37,794 bases of DNA, taken from IMG/VR virus record IMGVR_UViG_3300011102_000278, positions 1-37,794 of that record, one strand, 5' to 3'. The stretch is from a virus. Lineage: Duplodnaviria > Caudoviricetes. The stretch's first letter is position 1, and the number at the start of each line of letters is the position of its first letter. Made by a program: the position numbers and the translations under genes. The notes under the pieces were generated by a model. The model saw nothing but the letters and a program-made list of their open reading frames with translations. It was not told the DNA's origin and searched no databases. Below are positions 28,002 to 36,520 of this stretch, one piece after another.

Positions 28002-29099
28002 ATGCGCAGACATGACACTGTTGATCTGTTCGCCGGTCCCGGAGGCTGGGACATCGCCGCGGTCGCGCTCGGCCTGGACGTCATCGGCATCGAGTGGGAC
28101 CCCTCCGCGTGTGAGACGCGACGTGCGGCCGGACTCCCGACCGTCGAAGGGGACGTAAGGGACTACGGTCCGCTCGACTGGCCGGACGCGCACACGCTGA
28201 TCGCCTCGCCTCCGTGCCAGACGTTCAGCATGGCCGGCAAGGGTGCGGGACGGAAGGCGCTGGACGTCGTGAACTCGCTCGCGTGGCGGATGTACGCGCG
28301 TCTCAGCATCGCGGAGGATCTCGCGAGCATGGAGGACGAGCGGACCGGCCTTGTTCTGGAGCCGCTCCGCTGGGCCCTCGAAGCGGTCGATGCGGACATG
28401 CCGTACCGGACGATCGTTCTGGAGCAGGTCCCCACCGTCCTGCCCGTGTGGGAGACGTTCGCGGAGATCCTTCGCGCGGAGGGATACTCCGTCGCGACGG
28501 GGCGGCTGACGGCCGAACAGTACGGCGTTCCGCAGACTCGCAAGCGCGCGATCCTGGTTGCGCGGCGGGACGGCACCGCGACGCTCCCCGCTCCGACGCA
28601 CCGGAAGTACCGGAAGGGCGTTGCGCAGGCGGAGGGAGACCCCGCGCTCAAGCCGTGGGTCTCCATGGCGGAGGCGCTGGGATGGGGGATGACGCACCGT
28701 CCCGCGCTCACGGTCGCCGTAGGCACCGGGTCCGGCGGGGCGGACACGTCGTGTGTCGGCGGGTCGGGTGCGCGCAAGACGCTGTGCGGGGAGCGGGACG
28801 CCGGGCGCTGGGTATTCCGGTCTGGTAACCGTGCGTGCTCCGCCGTCCGGGACCTTGACGAGCCCGCCCCGACGGTCCTTTTCGGGGCGCGCCTTAACAA
28901 GGTCGAATGGATGTCTAGTCGTGAGCTCGCGAAGGACCCGAAGGCGTCAGGCCTCCGCGTGACGTTGTCGGAGGCTGCCACGCTCCAATCATTCCCCGCT
29001 GATTACCCTTGGCAGGGGACGCAGTCCAAGCGGTTCCAGCAGATCGGCAACGCCGTCCCTCCGCTTCTCGCTCACGCGGTCCTGTCGGCCGTGGTCTAG
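28002..29099 (+). CDS. orphan C5 cytosine DNA methyltransferase
   Basis: motif I DLFAGPGG, IV SPPCQ, VI EQV, VIII PQTRKR, X QIGNAV. Confidence 0.93.
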   Translation: MRRHDTVDLFAGPGGWDIAAVALGLDVIGIEWDPSACETRRAAGLPTVEGDVRDYGPLDWPDAHTLIASPPCQTFSMAGKGAGRKALDVVNSLAWRMYARLSIAEDLASMEDERTGLVLEPLRWALEAVDADMPYRTIVLEQVPTVLPVWETFAEILRAEGYSVATGRLTAEQYGVPQTRKRAILVARRDGTATLPAPTHRKYRKGVAQAEGDPALKPWVSMAEALGWGMTHRPALTVAVGTGSGGADTSCVGGSGARKTLCGERDAGRWVFRSGNRACSAVRDLDEPAPTVLFGARLNKVEWMSSRELAKDPKASGLRVTLSEAATLQSFPADYPWQGTQSKRFQQIGNAVPPLLAHAVLSAVV

Positions 29100-29106
29100 G
29101 TCGCTA

Positions 29107-29136
29107 GGGGCCCGTCCAGGTGACGGGCCCCCTTTT
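29107..29136 (+). terminator. intrinsic terminator
   Basis: GGGGCCCGTC...GACGGGCCCC-CTTTT. Confidence 0.8.
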
Positions 29137-29146
29137 CGTGTTTGGG

Positions 29147-29177
29147 GCGAACACCTTCCGCCGGCCGGAGCGGTAAC
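29147..29177 (+). promoter_or_regulatory. phage-specific promoter motif
   Basis: 31-bp consensus match. Confidence 0.7.
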
Positions 29178-29206
29178 GAAACATCACCAACAGAAAGGGG
29201 CACATC

Positions 29207-29347
29207 ATGGCCGCGAACCTGAACAAGATCCGCGAGTACTTCGGCTACGAGAACGCGTCCGAGTTCCGCAAGGACTGGATGAAGCTGACCACGGAGGACC
29301 GCAACCAGATCAAGGCCGGCTTCGAGAACGGCACCATGACCTACTGA
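29207..29347 (+). CDS. 46-aa protein MAANLNKIREYFGYENASEFRKDWMKLTTEDRNQIKAGFENGTMTY (absent from ORF track)
   Basis: GAAAGGGG RBS, almost all G/C-ending codons, own promoter and terminator. Confidence 0.85.
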   Translation: MAANLNKIREYFGYENASEFRKDWMKLTTEDRNQIKAGFENGTMTY

Positions 29348-29353
29348 TCGCGG

Positions 29354-29391
29354 CGAAAAGGGGCCTGCCCTTCGGGGTGGGCCCCTTTTCG
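29354..29391 (+). terminator. bidirectional-type terminator
   Basis: CGAAAAGGGGCC...C-TTCG-G...GGCCCCTTTTCG. Confidence 0.85.
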
Positions 29392-29460
29392 TATGTCTGG
29401 ACGCGAACAGTCCGGGCGGACGGGAGCGGAAACGGACAATGGACAGAAGCGAGGCCCTGA
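29379..29460 (+). repeat. terminator/promoter/start module repeated at 30091-30139 (49 bp) and 30479-30537 (59 bp); contains promoter motif 29403-29433
   Basis: exact direct repeats read from the sequence. Confidence 0.9.
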
Positions 29461-29491
29461 TCACGTGTGAGTACTGCTTGGCGGGAGGGGC

Positions 29492-30052
29492 ATGAGGGTC
29501 AGTCTCGAAAAACTCCCGTGGCAGGTGCTCCGCAAGGGCACTTGGTTCAGGTTTATCGGGGGCCGCGATCGCCGTGGCAATTACCGGTCGGCGGACCGCG
29601 ACCTGTACCAGGTTGTGGAGAAGACGGACGACAGGATTCGTTTGTTGGCGGTTCCTGAGTACGGCGATCGGGTGCATTTCCGCGAGTTCACTCGGGACGA
29701 GATCAACGCGCGCCGCGTACAGGTGAGCGGGTGGCCGCGTCGCGGAGTGCGTCCAATCCAGAAAAGCGACGTCCCCATTCGGATGTGGAAGCCGCCGAAG
29801 CCGTCCAAGAAGCTGTTCAAGCCGGAGCCGTTCAAACCCGGGGATTGGGTCCGGGTCGCGGTGGACGGTCAAACGTTCCGTGCCCAGATGTGGTCGGAGA
29901 ACTGGGCGGTGGCAGAAACCCCGGACGGGAATCGTTTCGTGCATATCGAACGGCACCGTGCCACGAAGTGGCGCGAGGCGCGATACACGACACCGGGTGG
30001 CAGCACGGTGACCCGAATCCCGGCCCCTTACGAGCAACTGGAGTTGGCGTGA
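29492..30052 (+). CDS. hypothetical protein (basic, beta-rich)
   Basis: GGAGGGG RBS; ATGA-coupled to an 18-codon leader ORF at 29439-29495. Confidence 0.7.
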   Translation: MRVSLEKLPWQVLRKGTWFRFIGGRDRRGNYRSADRDLYQVVEKTDDRIRLLAVPEYGDRVHFREFTRDEINARRVQVSGWPRRGVRPIQKSDVPIRMWKPPKPSKKLFKPEPFKPGDWVRVAVDGQTFRAQMWSENWAVAETPDGNRFVHIERHRATKWREARYTTPGGSTVTRIPAPYEQLELA

Positions 30053-30117
30053 AGCACGACCGAATGATCGGTCGCTACTGCCCGGAGGGGCCGGGCGGAC
30101 GGGAGCGGAAACGGACA

Positions 30118-30441
30118 ATGGACAGAAGCGAGGCCCTGAGGGTCGCCACCGAAACCGTGCATGAGCTCATAGAGAGGGCACCGCGGGGCGTCCCGTTCTC
30201 CGGCGGTGTGGCGTTCGAAGCGCGCGTTGACGCTGTCGAGCGGTTCGCGCGGTTCCTCATGGAGTCGCCGGAGGGCAAGCCGGAGACCGTCCAGGACGCG
30301 CCCGGTACTCGCTACCGGGACAAGGACGGAGACATCTGGACGGTCCAGCCGGATGGCGAACTGACGTGCTCCGCCCTCACGGGGCGTCGCACCCGCGAAG
30401 ACGCCGAACGGGCGTACGGACCGCTCACGCGCATTCCCTGA
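30118..30441 (+). CDS. hypothetical protein
   Basis: ATG within the repeat copy; C-terminal YRDKDGDIW...YGPLT motif common in actinophage small proteins. Confidence 0.7.
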   Translation: MDRSEALRVATETVHELIERAPRGVPFSGGVAFEARVDAVERFARFLMESPEGKPETVQDAPGTRYRDKDGDIWTVQPDGELTCSALTGRRTREDAERAYGPLTRIP

Positions 30442-30459
30442 CGCCACGTACATCCAATG

Positions 30460-30533
30460 GGGGCCCGTTCTTCGGAGCGGGCCCCTTTTCGTATGTCTGG
30501 ACGCGAACAGTCCGGGCGGACGGGAGCGGAAAC
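30460..30533 (+). promoter_or_regulatory. terminator (30460-30489) followed by phage-specific promoter motif (30503-30533)
   Basis: GGGGCCCGTTC-TTCG-GAGCGGGCCCC-TTTT, then GCGAACAG...GGGAGCGGAAAC. Confidence 0.75.
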
Positions 30534-30538
30534 GGACC

Positions 30539-30682
30539 ATGGACAGGCCGACACTCGACACATACGACGCGGCAGGGCACAGCGACGCTTCCGCCTGCCT
30601 CGCGGGATTCGACGCGATGGACGAGCGAGAGACCTACACCTACATGACGGCGCGTGAGCTGGTGAACGGGGAGGCGTGGTGA
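30539..30682 (+). CDS. 47-aa hypothetical protein (MDRPTLDTYDAAG...; absent from ORF track)
   Basis: ATG at the same offset as in the other repeat copies; stop overlaps the next GTG. Confidence 0.6.
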   Translation: MDRPTLDTYDAAGHSDASACLAGFDAMDERETYTYMTARELVNGEAW

Positions 30683-31077
30683 AGCGGGTAGCGATTCCGT
30701 CCTGGTCGGCAGAGACGGCGACGTGGGGAGACAACTCCATCGTGGTCTCTGTTGACCGGGACGGAGATGTTGAGTTCGATCTCTCCGGATCTCTGGCCGG
30801 GCGCAGCTTCATCGTGGACAGTCGCGAGCTCTGCGACGCGCTCCGCAAGCTCGGAGTCATCCCGGACGACCAGCCTGCCGCGGAGCCGGGGGAGTACCCG
30901 CGGTACGAAAGCGACTTCGAATCTGTCAAACGGGCGGACGTCCGCGGGGACGCTGGCGATCCCGTGAGCTCTCCTGCGTGGCAAGTCCATATGGAGCGAC
31001 TCGAAGAACGGCTCTCCGCGCTGGAAAGCCGCTTCCAAAACACTCTCGAAGTCAACGAACTGTGGGACGGATCATGA
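30679..31077 (+). CDS. hypothetical protein
   Basis: GGAGG RBS, GTGA/ATGA overlaps at both ends. Confidence 0.65.
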   Translation: MKRVAIPSWSAETATWGDNSIVVSVDRDGDVEFDLSGSLAGRSFIVDSRELCDALRKLGVIPDDQPAAEPGEYPRYESDFESVKRADVRGDAGDPVSSPAWQVHMERLEERLSALESRFQNTLEVNELWDGS

Positions 31078-31457
31078 GCGCGACGTACGAAGAGCCAACG
31101 CCGGACATCTATACGATCTACTGCGCGGCGGACGCTGCGGCCGGAGTCAGTGAAGAACATCACGCGCGGCTTGAAGTCGTGAACGACGGACGCGAGATCG
31201 CGCTCAAGTTCGCGGACGGCTTCGACGACATGGGACGGACCGTCTACCTCTCGGACGACTCCGCGGCGTCCCTGGGAAAGCTCCTGGGGATGCTCACGGG
31301 CACGTCTCCGGAGTTCACCGCGGACGAGTGCGCGGAGCAGGACGCCGCGGTATGGCGGAGGCAGCGCGCGGAGCTGGTCGCGGGGACGGTGATCGTCGCG
31401 GTTCTCGCCGCGCTGGTGTTCGGGCTGATCGTGCTCGCGGTGCGTGCGGGCTGGTGA
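31074..31457 (+). CDS. hypothetical protein with C-terminal TM anchor
   Basis: ATGA coupling; hydrophobic C-terminus. Confidence 0.65.
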   Translation: MSATYEEPTPDIYTIYCAADAAAGVSEEHHARLEVVNDGREIALKFADGFDDMGRTVYLSDDSAASLGKLLGMLTGTSPEFTADECAEQDAAVWRRQRAELVAGTVIVAVLAALVFGLIVLAVRAGW

Positions 31458-31528
31458 CCGTGCGAGCGCCAGAGTTCCGCATCGGGGACCGCTCACGAAC
31501 CTTCGGAAGGCGGACACATAGGCGGGGG

Positions 31529-31580
31529 TTGCGCGGGGGTGCGTAAGCGGGTAACGTACCTATCAAGCGCCAACCGAGAA
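31529..31580 (+). promoter_or_regulatory. host-type promoter (TTGCGC-N17-TAACGT) with operator and GCGCCAACC element
   Basis: same layout as the 27219 and 31955 units; operator at 31540-31558. Confidence 0.6.
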
Positions 31581-31590
31581 GGAGCCGGAC

Positions 31591-31896
31591 ATGGACACCG
31601 CCGAACTCACCGAAGGATTCGCCACCTACCTCCGCAACATCGCGGCCAAGGCGACAGAGGAGCGGATGGGCCGCCACGTGAAGCTCACCCGGGAGTCTCT
31701 CCAGGACCCCATCATCCACGCCGCGGTCCGAAAGGTGATCAACGAGGGCCACACCGTGGTCATGTGGGACAGCAAGTACTACCGGCACCCGGCGATTGAC
31801 ATCTACCCGGACGGCGTGAGGGTTAACGGGCGGTTCTACACTCCCGCACGCAAGCGCGTGATCATCGCGCCGTGGAAGGTGGCCGGCATCTCGTAG
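31591..31896 (+). CDS. hypothetical protein
   Basis: GAAGGAG RBS; stand-alone unit between promoter and terminator. Confidence 0.75.
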   Translation: MDTAELTEGFATYLRNIAAKATEERMGRHVKLTRESLQDPIIHAAVRKVINEGHTVVMWDSKYYRHPAIDIYPDGVRVNGRFYTPARKRVIIAPWKVAGIS

Positions 31897-31909
31897 GCAG
31901 CACAGCAGG

Positions 31910-31941
31910 AAGCCCCCGGGGGAGATCCTCCGGGGGCTTTT
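31910..31941 (+). terminator. intrinsic terminator
   Basis: AAGCCCCCGG...CCGGGGGCTTTT. Confidence 0.8.
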
Positions 31942-31954
31942 CTTGGTTTAGGGG

Positions 31955-32007
31955 TTGCGCGAAGGTGCGTGAGCGGCTTACGCTTATCTCATCGCGCCAA
32001 CCTAGGA
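31955..32007 (+). promoter_or_regulatory. host-type promoter (TTGCGC-N18-TACGCT) with operator and GCGCCAACCTAGGA
   Basis: operator TGCGTGAGCGGCTTACGCT at 31966-31984. Confidence 0.65.
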
Positions 32008-32013
32008 GGAAAC

Positions 32014-32292
32014 ATGGACATGACGGAGCGCACCATTCGGGCCCTTGCCTCGCTGGTCGGACTGAACGTCCGTAAGGCGGAAGGGAACGGCACCTACGGC
32101 TCCGCGGCCGCCGAGCGGGACCGCTTCGCCGCGCAGATCGCCCGCGTCCGCCAGCTGCACCGCCAGGTGTGCGCCGGCCGCTGCGGCACCATGCCCGACC
32201 ACTGCGGGTGCGCCGACGGCGACACGGTCTGCGAGACCTGCCACGAGATGTGGCCGTGCCCCACCCGCCGCGCATGCGACGGTACCCGGTGA
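32014..32292 (+). CDS. Cys-rich (Zn-binding) hypothetical protein
   Basis: AGGAGG RBS; RVRQLH..C...C; CETC...WPCPT. Confidence 0.7.
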   Translation: MDMTERTIRALASLVGLNVRKAEGNGTYGSAAAERDRFAAQIARVRQLHRQVCAGRCGTMPDHCGCADGDTVCETCHEMWPCPTRRACDGTR

Positions 32293-32336
32293 CCGTCCGC
32301 CACCAGACCGCGGCTGCACCACTGAAAGGAGCCATA

Positions 32337-32699
32337 GTGTCGCACGACATTACCCACGAGCACACCCCGCGGGGACGGCAGCTCATCGCGGCGTTGGCGC
32401 TGGCGCACCTGCTGGAACAGGATCTGCCGATGGCGACCTGGCACATTGACGCCATCGCCCCCGTCGAGATGGACGGGCAGATCAGCCGGCACAGCATCGG
32501 CACCGACCACGAGCCGGACCTGCGCCGCGCCGTCGACGCGTGGGCCGAGTTCCTGCGCGGCGAGGTGGTCACCCGGGCGTACCTGTCGCAGCCGGACGTC
32601 GGGGTGATCTCGGTCACCGGCACGCACCGGGGTGTGCGCGTCACGGTCTGGGCGCAGGTCAGCGTCCCCGCCGCCGAGCGGACGGAGGCGGCGTCGTGA
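32337..32699 (+). CDS. hypothetical protein
   Basis: GAAAGGAG RBS plus GTG; GTHRGVRVTVW C-terminus. Confidence 0.7.
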   Translation: MSHDITHEHTPRGRQLIAALALAHLLEQDLPMATWHIDAIAPVEMDGQISRHSIGTDHEPDLRRAVDAWAEFLRGEVVTRAYLSQPDVGVISVTGTHRGVRVTVWAQVSVPAAERTEAAS

Positions 32700-32880
32700 G
32701 CCAGAGCGACCGTCGGCGCGAGCAGCGGCTGCGCGACCGTGGGTGGGAAGCGCACCAGCAGGTGATCGTGGCTGGCTGAACACCGGGTGCCGGAACCTGG
32801 TCACGAAAACCGCGTAAGCGGCACGGCAGGAATCCCCGTCATTCAGGACGGGGAGGACGTCAAGGCCGTCTGAGCGAGCC

Positions 32881-32932
32881 TCGCGGGAGCTCTGCTGTCA
32901 TCACGGGCGTCATGACAGCAGAGCTCCCGCGA
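32881..32932. terminator. perfect 21-bp inverted repeat between convergent units
   Basis: TCGCGGGAGCTCTGCTGTCAT-N10-ATGACAGCAGAGCTCCCGCGA. Confidence 0.75.
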
Positions 32933-33338
32933 TGATCCGGGCCGCTTCGTCCGGCATGGACATCGCGGCAATGACGTTGGTGTCCGCGGAGCCGGGCGTG
33001 ACGTACCACCATTCTTCGTCCCAGTAGCCGCACCCGACGCGGATGTAGCGCGAGCGGCTACCGACCCGGATGTCCGTCATGCGGTAGGCGTTCAGGACGG
33101 GCCAGCCTTCCCATTCCGTGATCACGGTCATCAGGTTGACGTTCGTGATCAACCGCGTGTGAAGTTCGGTCAGCCCGCGCATGCGCTCCGAGTGAAGCGG
33201 CCGGAGGATCTCCAACAGTGCGTTGTTGTCCGGTCCGGCGGGGGTCGTGGTGATCAGCGGCGGGCGGGTGCGGACGCGTCCCAGGGACAGCGGGGACGCT
33301 TGGTGGCGGGTGTGTTGTCCCATTGCGGACACTCCCAT
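32910..33338 (-). CDS. hypothetical protein divergent from the XRE gene
   Basis: only plausible minus-strand gene; layout typical of XRE/DUF397 loci; start may be at the second Met. Confidence 0.6.
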   Translation of the reverse strand: MGVSAMGQHTRHQASPLSLGRVRTRPPLITTTPAGPDNNALLEILRPLHSERMRGLTELHTRLITNVNLMTVITEWEGWPVLNAYRMTDIRVGSRSRYIRVGCGYWDEEWWYVTPGSADTNVIAAMSMPDEAARIIAGALLS

Positions 33339-33385
33339 GGTTGGCGCTGTGATGCAGGCTACAGAATGCGCCCTGTAGTCGTACG

Positions 33386-34309
33386 ATGACTACGGTTCTG
33401 GGAACATCGGTCAACAAACGGGATCATGAAATGCCACACCCACAGCGCCCGCGCGGACAGCCGAAACCATCCGCCTACCAGCAGAAGCAAGCCGCGAGAC
33501 AACTAGATCCGGCACGATCACTCTGGGACCTGATCGCAGTAGAACTGCGCAGACAGATCTACGTCCAGAGCACGTCACAAGCCCGCGTTGCCGAACTACT
33601 TGGGGTGACACGCTCCTACATCACACGTCTAGTGAACGGGTCACGCCACCTGTCCCCCGAGCACGCGGGCATCCTGGACAGCGCTTGGAACCTCCGGGGG
33701 CTGTTCGCTCACCTCGTTGCCCACGCGGTCGCGCGCCCCGACGACGATTGGCTGCCTAGCTTGGCCGCGTACGAAGCACGCGCCACGCGTATACGGACGT
33801 GGGACCTGGGAGTCATCCCCGGACTGTGGCAAACGGAGGACTACGCACGTGCCATGTTCGAACGCGCATACGCGGCAGGGCTACTGAAAGACGTAGACGC
33901 CGCGGTGGCTACCCGCATGGAACGGCAGGCCGCCGTGTGGGAGCGCGCGGAGCTACCCCGAGTTTCGGCCATCGTGTCATGGATGGCGCTCACCGCATCC
34001 CCGGGAAGCGGGGAACTCATGGCGGCGCAACTGGCGCATATGCTCGCGCTGTCTGAGCGTCCAGGCGTTAGCGTGCGCATCGTGGGCCAAGATGCGGGCT
34101 GGCACATCGGCCACGACGGATCATGTCAGCTTCTGACCGTGGGGGCTGACGTCGCATTCGCCGAAGCGCCCGGCATGGTCGGCCGGCTCGTCCTAGATCC
34201 GGAACGTGTCGAGCGGTACGCGAGGCGCATAGAGCAGGTCAGTGATCTAGCCTTGACCACAGCGGAAAGTCGCACGGCGGTAGAGGAAGCAACGAGGATG
34301 CACACATGA
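33386..34309 (+). CDS. XRE-family HTH regulator with DUF5753 domain (Scr1-like)
   Basis: HTH SQARVAELLGVTRSYITRLVNG; IPGLWQTEDYARA, RMERQ, QLAHML motifs; start uncertain. Confidence 0.9.
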   Translation: MTTVLGTSVNKRDHEMPHPQRPRGQPKPSAYQQKQAARQLDPARSLWDLIAVELRRQIYVQSTSQARVAELLGVTRSYITRLVNGSRHLSPEHAGILDSAWNLRGLFAHLVAHAVARPDDDWLPSLAAYEARATRIRTWDLGVIPGLWQTEDYARAMFERAYAAGLLKDVDAAVATRMERQAAVWERAELPRVSAIVSWMALTASPGSGELMAAQLAHMLALSERPGVSVRIVGQDAGWHIGHDGSCQLLTVGADVAFAEAPGMVGRLVLDPERVERYARRIEQVSDLALTTAESRTAVEEATRMHT

Positions 34310-34494
34310 CCGAATGGCGCAAGGCAAGCAAGAGCACGTCCGAGGGCGGCGCGTGCGTAGAAGTCGCGGACCTGTCCGGCAGGATCGGGGTTCGCGACTC
34401 TAAGGACCCGTCCGGGCCCAAGCTCGCGCTCACGCCGGACGCGTGGCGCAGCCTCCGCGAGAGCATCGCGGACGGCCGGTATGACCTGACCTGA
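34306..34494 (+). CDS. DUF397 protein (Scr2-like)
   Basis: WRKAS.S...GGACVEVA....GVRDSKDP.GP.L....AW. Confidence 0.95.
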   Translation: MTEWRKASKSTSEGGACVEVADLSGRIGVRDSKDPSGPKLALTPDAWRSLRESIADGRYDLT

Positions 34495-34505
34495 CCAGAC
34501 AGACA

Positions 34506-34540
34506 AAGGGCCCGCGTCCCCACTGGGGGTGCGGGCCCTT
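34506..34540 (+). terminator. terminator hairpin
   Basis: AAGGGCCCGC...GCGGGCCCTT. Confidence 0.7.
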
Positions 34541-34645
34541 CGCTTCCGGCGGATCTAAGCGCCAACCTAGGAACCTCCGGAGATTCTCACGCTACCAGGG
34601 ACGGCGGAGGATCTCCGCATCGGAGACGTTCGCGCTGGTCAGACC

Positions 34646-34695
34646 CAACTATCCGAACTGTGCTTACTGTTGGATAACCTCAGTTTGGGCAGTAT
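34646..34695. other. attP: attP (phiC31/TG1-type), TT crossover predicted at 34670-34671
   Basis: CCGAACTG-N20-CAGTTTGG with central TT, same geometry as phiC31 CCCCAACTG-N20-CAGTTGGGG; abuts the int start. Confidence 0.75.
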
Positions 34696-36520
34696 GATGC
34701 CGAACATGCGCCAACCTGGAGCCTTCGCCGAACGGGCGATCAACGTCCCGATCCATGCCGCTCTGTATGTCCGGCAGTCCTCCGCCCGGCAGAACCGGTC
34801 CGAAGCGTCGCCGGCCACGCAGCTAGAGCACGGGCAGGCGGAGGCGAGGCGGCGGGGTGCCGCGAGCGTCGACGTATACGAGGATATCGGCGTTTCTGCG
34901 TTCCGTGACGTCGAACGGCCGGACTTCGAGCGCATGCTCGCGGACTGCCGTGCGGGCCGGCGAAACATGATCATCGTCTACTACGTGAGCCGCTTCTCGC
35001 GGAAAGACCCCCTGGACGCTATCCCTGTCGTGACCGAGCTGCTGAACCTCGGAGTCACCATCGTCAGTGTCACGGAGGGAGAGTTCCGCCGCGGCAATCT
35101 TATGGATCTTATCCATTTGATCATGCGGCTCGATGCCGCGCACAACGAGAGCAAGAACAAGTCAGTCGGAGTCCGGGACGCGAAGGAGCTCGCGCGTTCG
35201 CTGGGTGGCTACGTCGGAGGCAAGCCCCCGTTCGGGTTTAAATTCAAGCCCGAAACCGCGTACACGCCGGACGGTAAGCCCGTCGTCATACAGAAGCTCG
35301 TGCATCATCCTGTTGAATCGGAAATCGTCCGCAAGGCATGGGCCCGCATCAAAGAGCACATGCACATGTACGTGCCCGCTGTGTCCGGGCCCGGAGCGAG
35401 ACACCCTGGATCGCTCTCGGGAGTGTGCCACTATTTCAACGAGAGCGGAGTTCCTACCCGTGGACAGCTCACAGGCAAGCGGGTGCGCGATAGCCGTTGG
35501 GACCCCGCCGTGTTGCGCCGCATCCTCCGTGACCCCCGCATCGCCGGATACGGAGCAACTCCCGTCTACAAGCGAGGCCCCGACGGCTCACGGCGGCTCA
35601 TCATCGAAACGTACCGGATTGATCGTGACGAGAACGGCCAGCCGCTAACGCTGTATGAGCCGATCATCCCGCCTAAAGAGTGGTGGGAGCTACAGCAGTG
35701 GCTCGCCGGCCGCGGACGCGGTACGGGACTCTCCCGCGGGACGACGCTGCTGTCTGGACTGGACAAGCCCGTTCTGTTCTGCGAGTGCGGGAGCCGCATG
35801 AAGTCCACAGGCTCCGGAGCCGCACGGTCGTACATGTGCGGACGCCGTCAGCACAACGTTCGGCCGGCGGGAGTCCACAAGGGTACGGTGACCATCCGGC
35901 AGGCTCCGCTAGATGAGTACGTGGCGCGACGTATCTTCGCGCTCCTGGAGACGGCGGAAGGCGACGAAGAGACACTTGCCATCCTCGCGGAGGCTGCGAA
36001 CCGCTTCGGGAAGGCCACAGAATCGCCGGAGACGGCACAGGAACGCGCGGAGATACTCGCGGACCGCGCGGACGCTGTCCAGGCTCTAGAAGAGCTTTAC
36101 GCGGACCGCAGAGACGGCGGGTACCGCGGGGAAGTCGGCCGGCGCGCCTTCCGCGAGGCGGAGACGCTGTACACGGACCGGATCGAAGCGCTAGACGCGC
36201 GCCTAGCAGAGCTCGATGCAACGCAGACGCCGTCCCTGCCGCTCTCAGTGTGGTTGGAGCATGCAGGCGACCCCATCGGGCCCGGCTCCTGGTGGGACCG
36301 CGCGGACATGGCGGACAGGCGCGCGTTCGTGCGCTATTTCGTGGAACAGATCACGGTCACCAAGAGCCACGAGTTTCACGGGCGCTGGCCGGACGACTGG
36401 GTAGCGAAGCGCGTCACCATCGAATGGGTACGCCCGAAGGGCGACGCGGAGGACGACGCGGAGGACGACGCCGACCACGACGACGCGCCTCCGCCCATGT
36501 GTGACGAAGTGTCGAAATGA
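34694..36520 (+). CDS. int: large serine integrase (phiC31/TG1/phiBT1 family)
   Basis: YVRQS catalytic Ser, SPATQ, RPDFERML, SRFSR, RLDAAHNESKNKS, LRDPRIAG, LLSG..CECG..Y.C zinc ribbon. Confidence 0.96.
   Translation: MMPNMRQPGAFAERAINVPIHAALYVRQSSARQNRSEASPATQLEHGQAEARRRGAASVDVYEDIGVSAFRDVERPDFERMLADCRAGRRNMIIVYYVSRFSRKDPLDAIPVVTELLNLGVTIVSVTEGEFRRGNLMDLIHLIMRLDAAHNESKNKSVGVRDAKELARSLGGYVGGKPPFGFKFKPETAYTPDGKPVVIQKLVHHPVESEIVRKAWARIKEHMHMYVPAVSGPGARHPGSLSGVCHYFNESGVPTRGQLTGKRVRDSRWDPAVLRRILRDPRIAGYGATPVYKRGPDGSRRLIIETYRIDRDENGQPLTLYEPIIPPKEWWELQQWLAGRGRGTGLSRGTTLLSGLDKPVLFCECGSRMKSTGSGAARSYMCGRRQHNVRPAGVHKGTVTIRQAPLDEYVARRIFALLETAEGDEETLAILAEAANRFGKATESPETAQERAEILADRADAVQALEELYADRRDGGYRGEVGRRAFREAETLYTDRIEALDARLAELDATQTPSLPLSVWLEHAGDPIGPGSWWDRADMADRRAFVRYFVEQITVTKSHEFHGRWPDDWVAKRVTIEWVRPKGDAEDDAEDDADHDDAPPPMCDEVSK

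Noticed and set aside
15723-30533. CRISPR array or mini-array formed by the 31-bp repeats
   Set aside because: Copies are dispersed with variable centres and lie upstream of genes, fitting promoters; the Cas4-like nuclease is a normal phage gene
2150-31517. Many long minus-strand and alternate-frame ORFs (e.g. 2150-3202, 4965-5981, 8439-9728, 26066-27253, 30312-31517)
   Set aside because: They shadow well-supported + strand genes, are expected at high GC3, and show no recognisable motifs
36443-36483. GACGCGGAGGAC tandem repeat at the int 3' end
   Set aside because: Short slippage repeat encoding an acidic low-complexity tail; no sign of separate function
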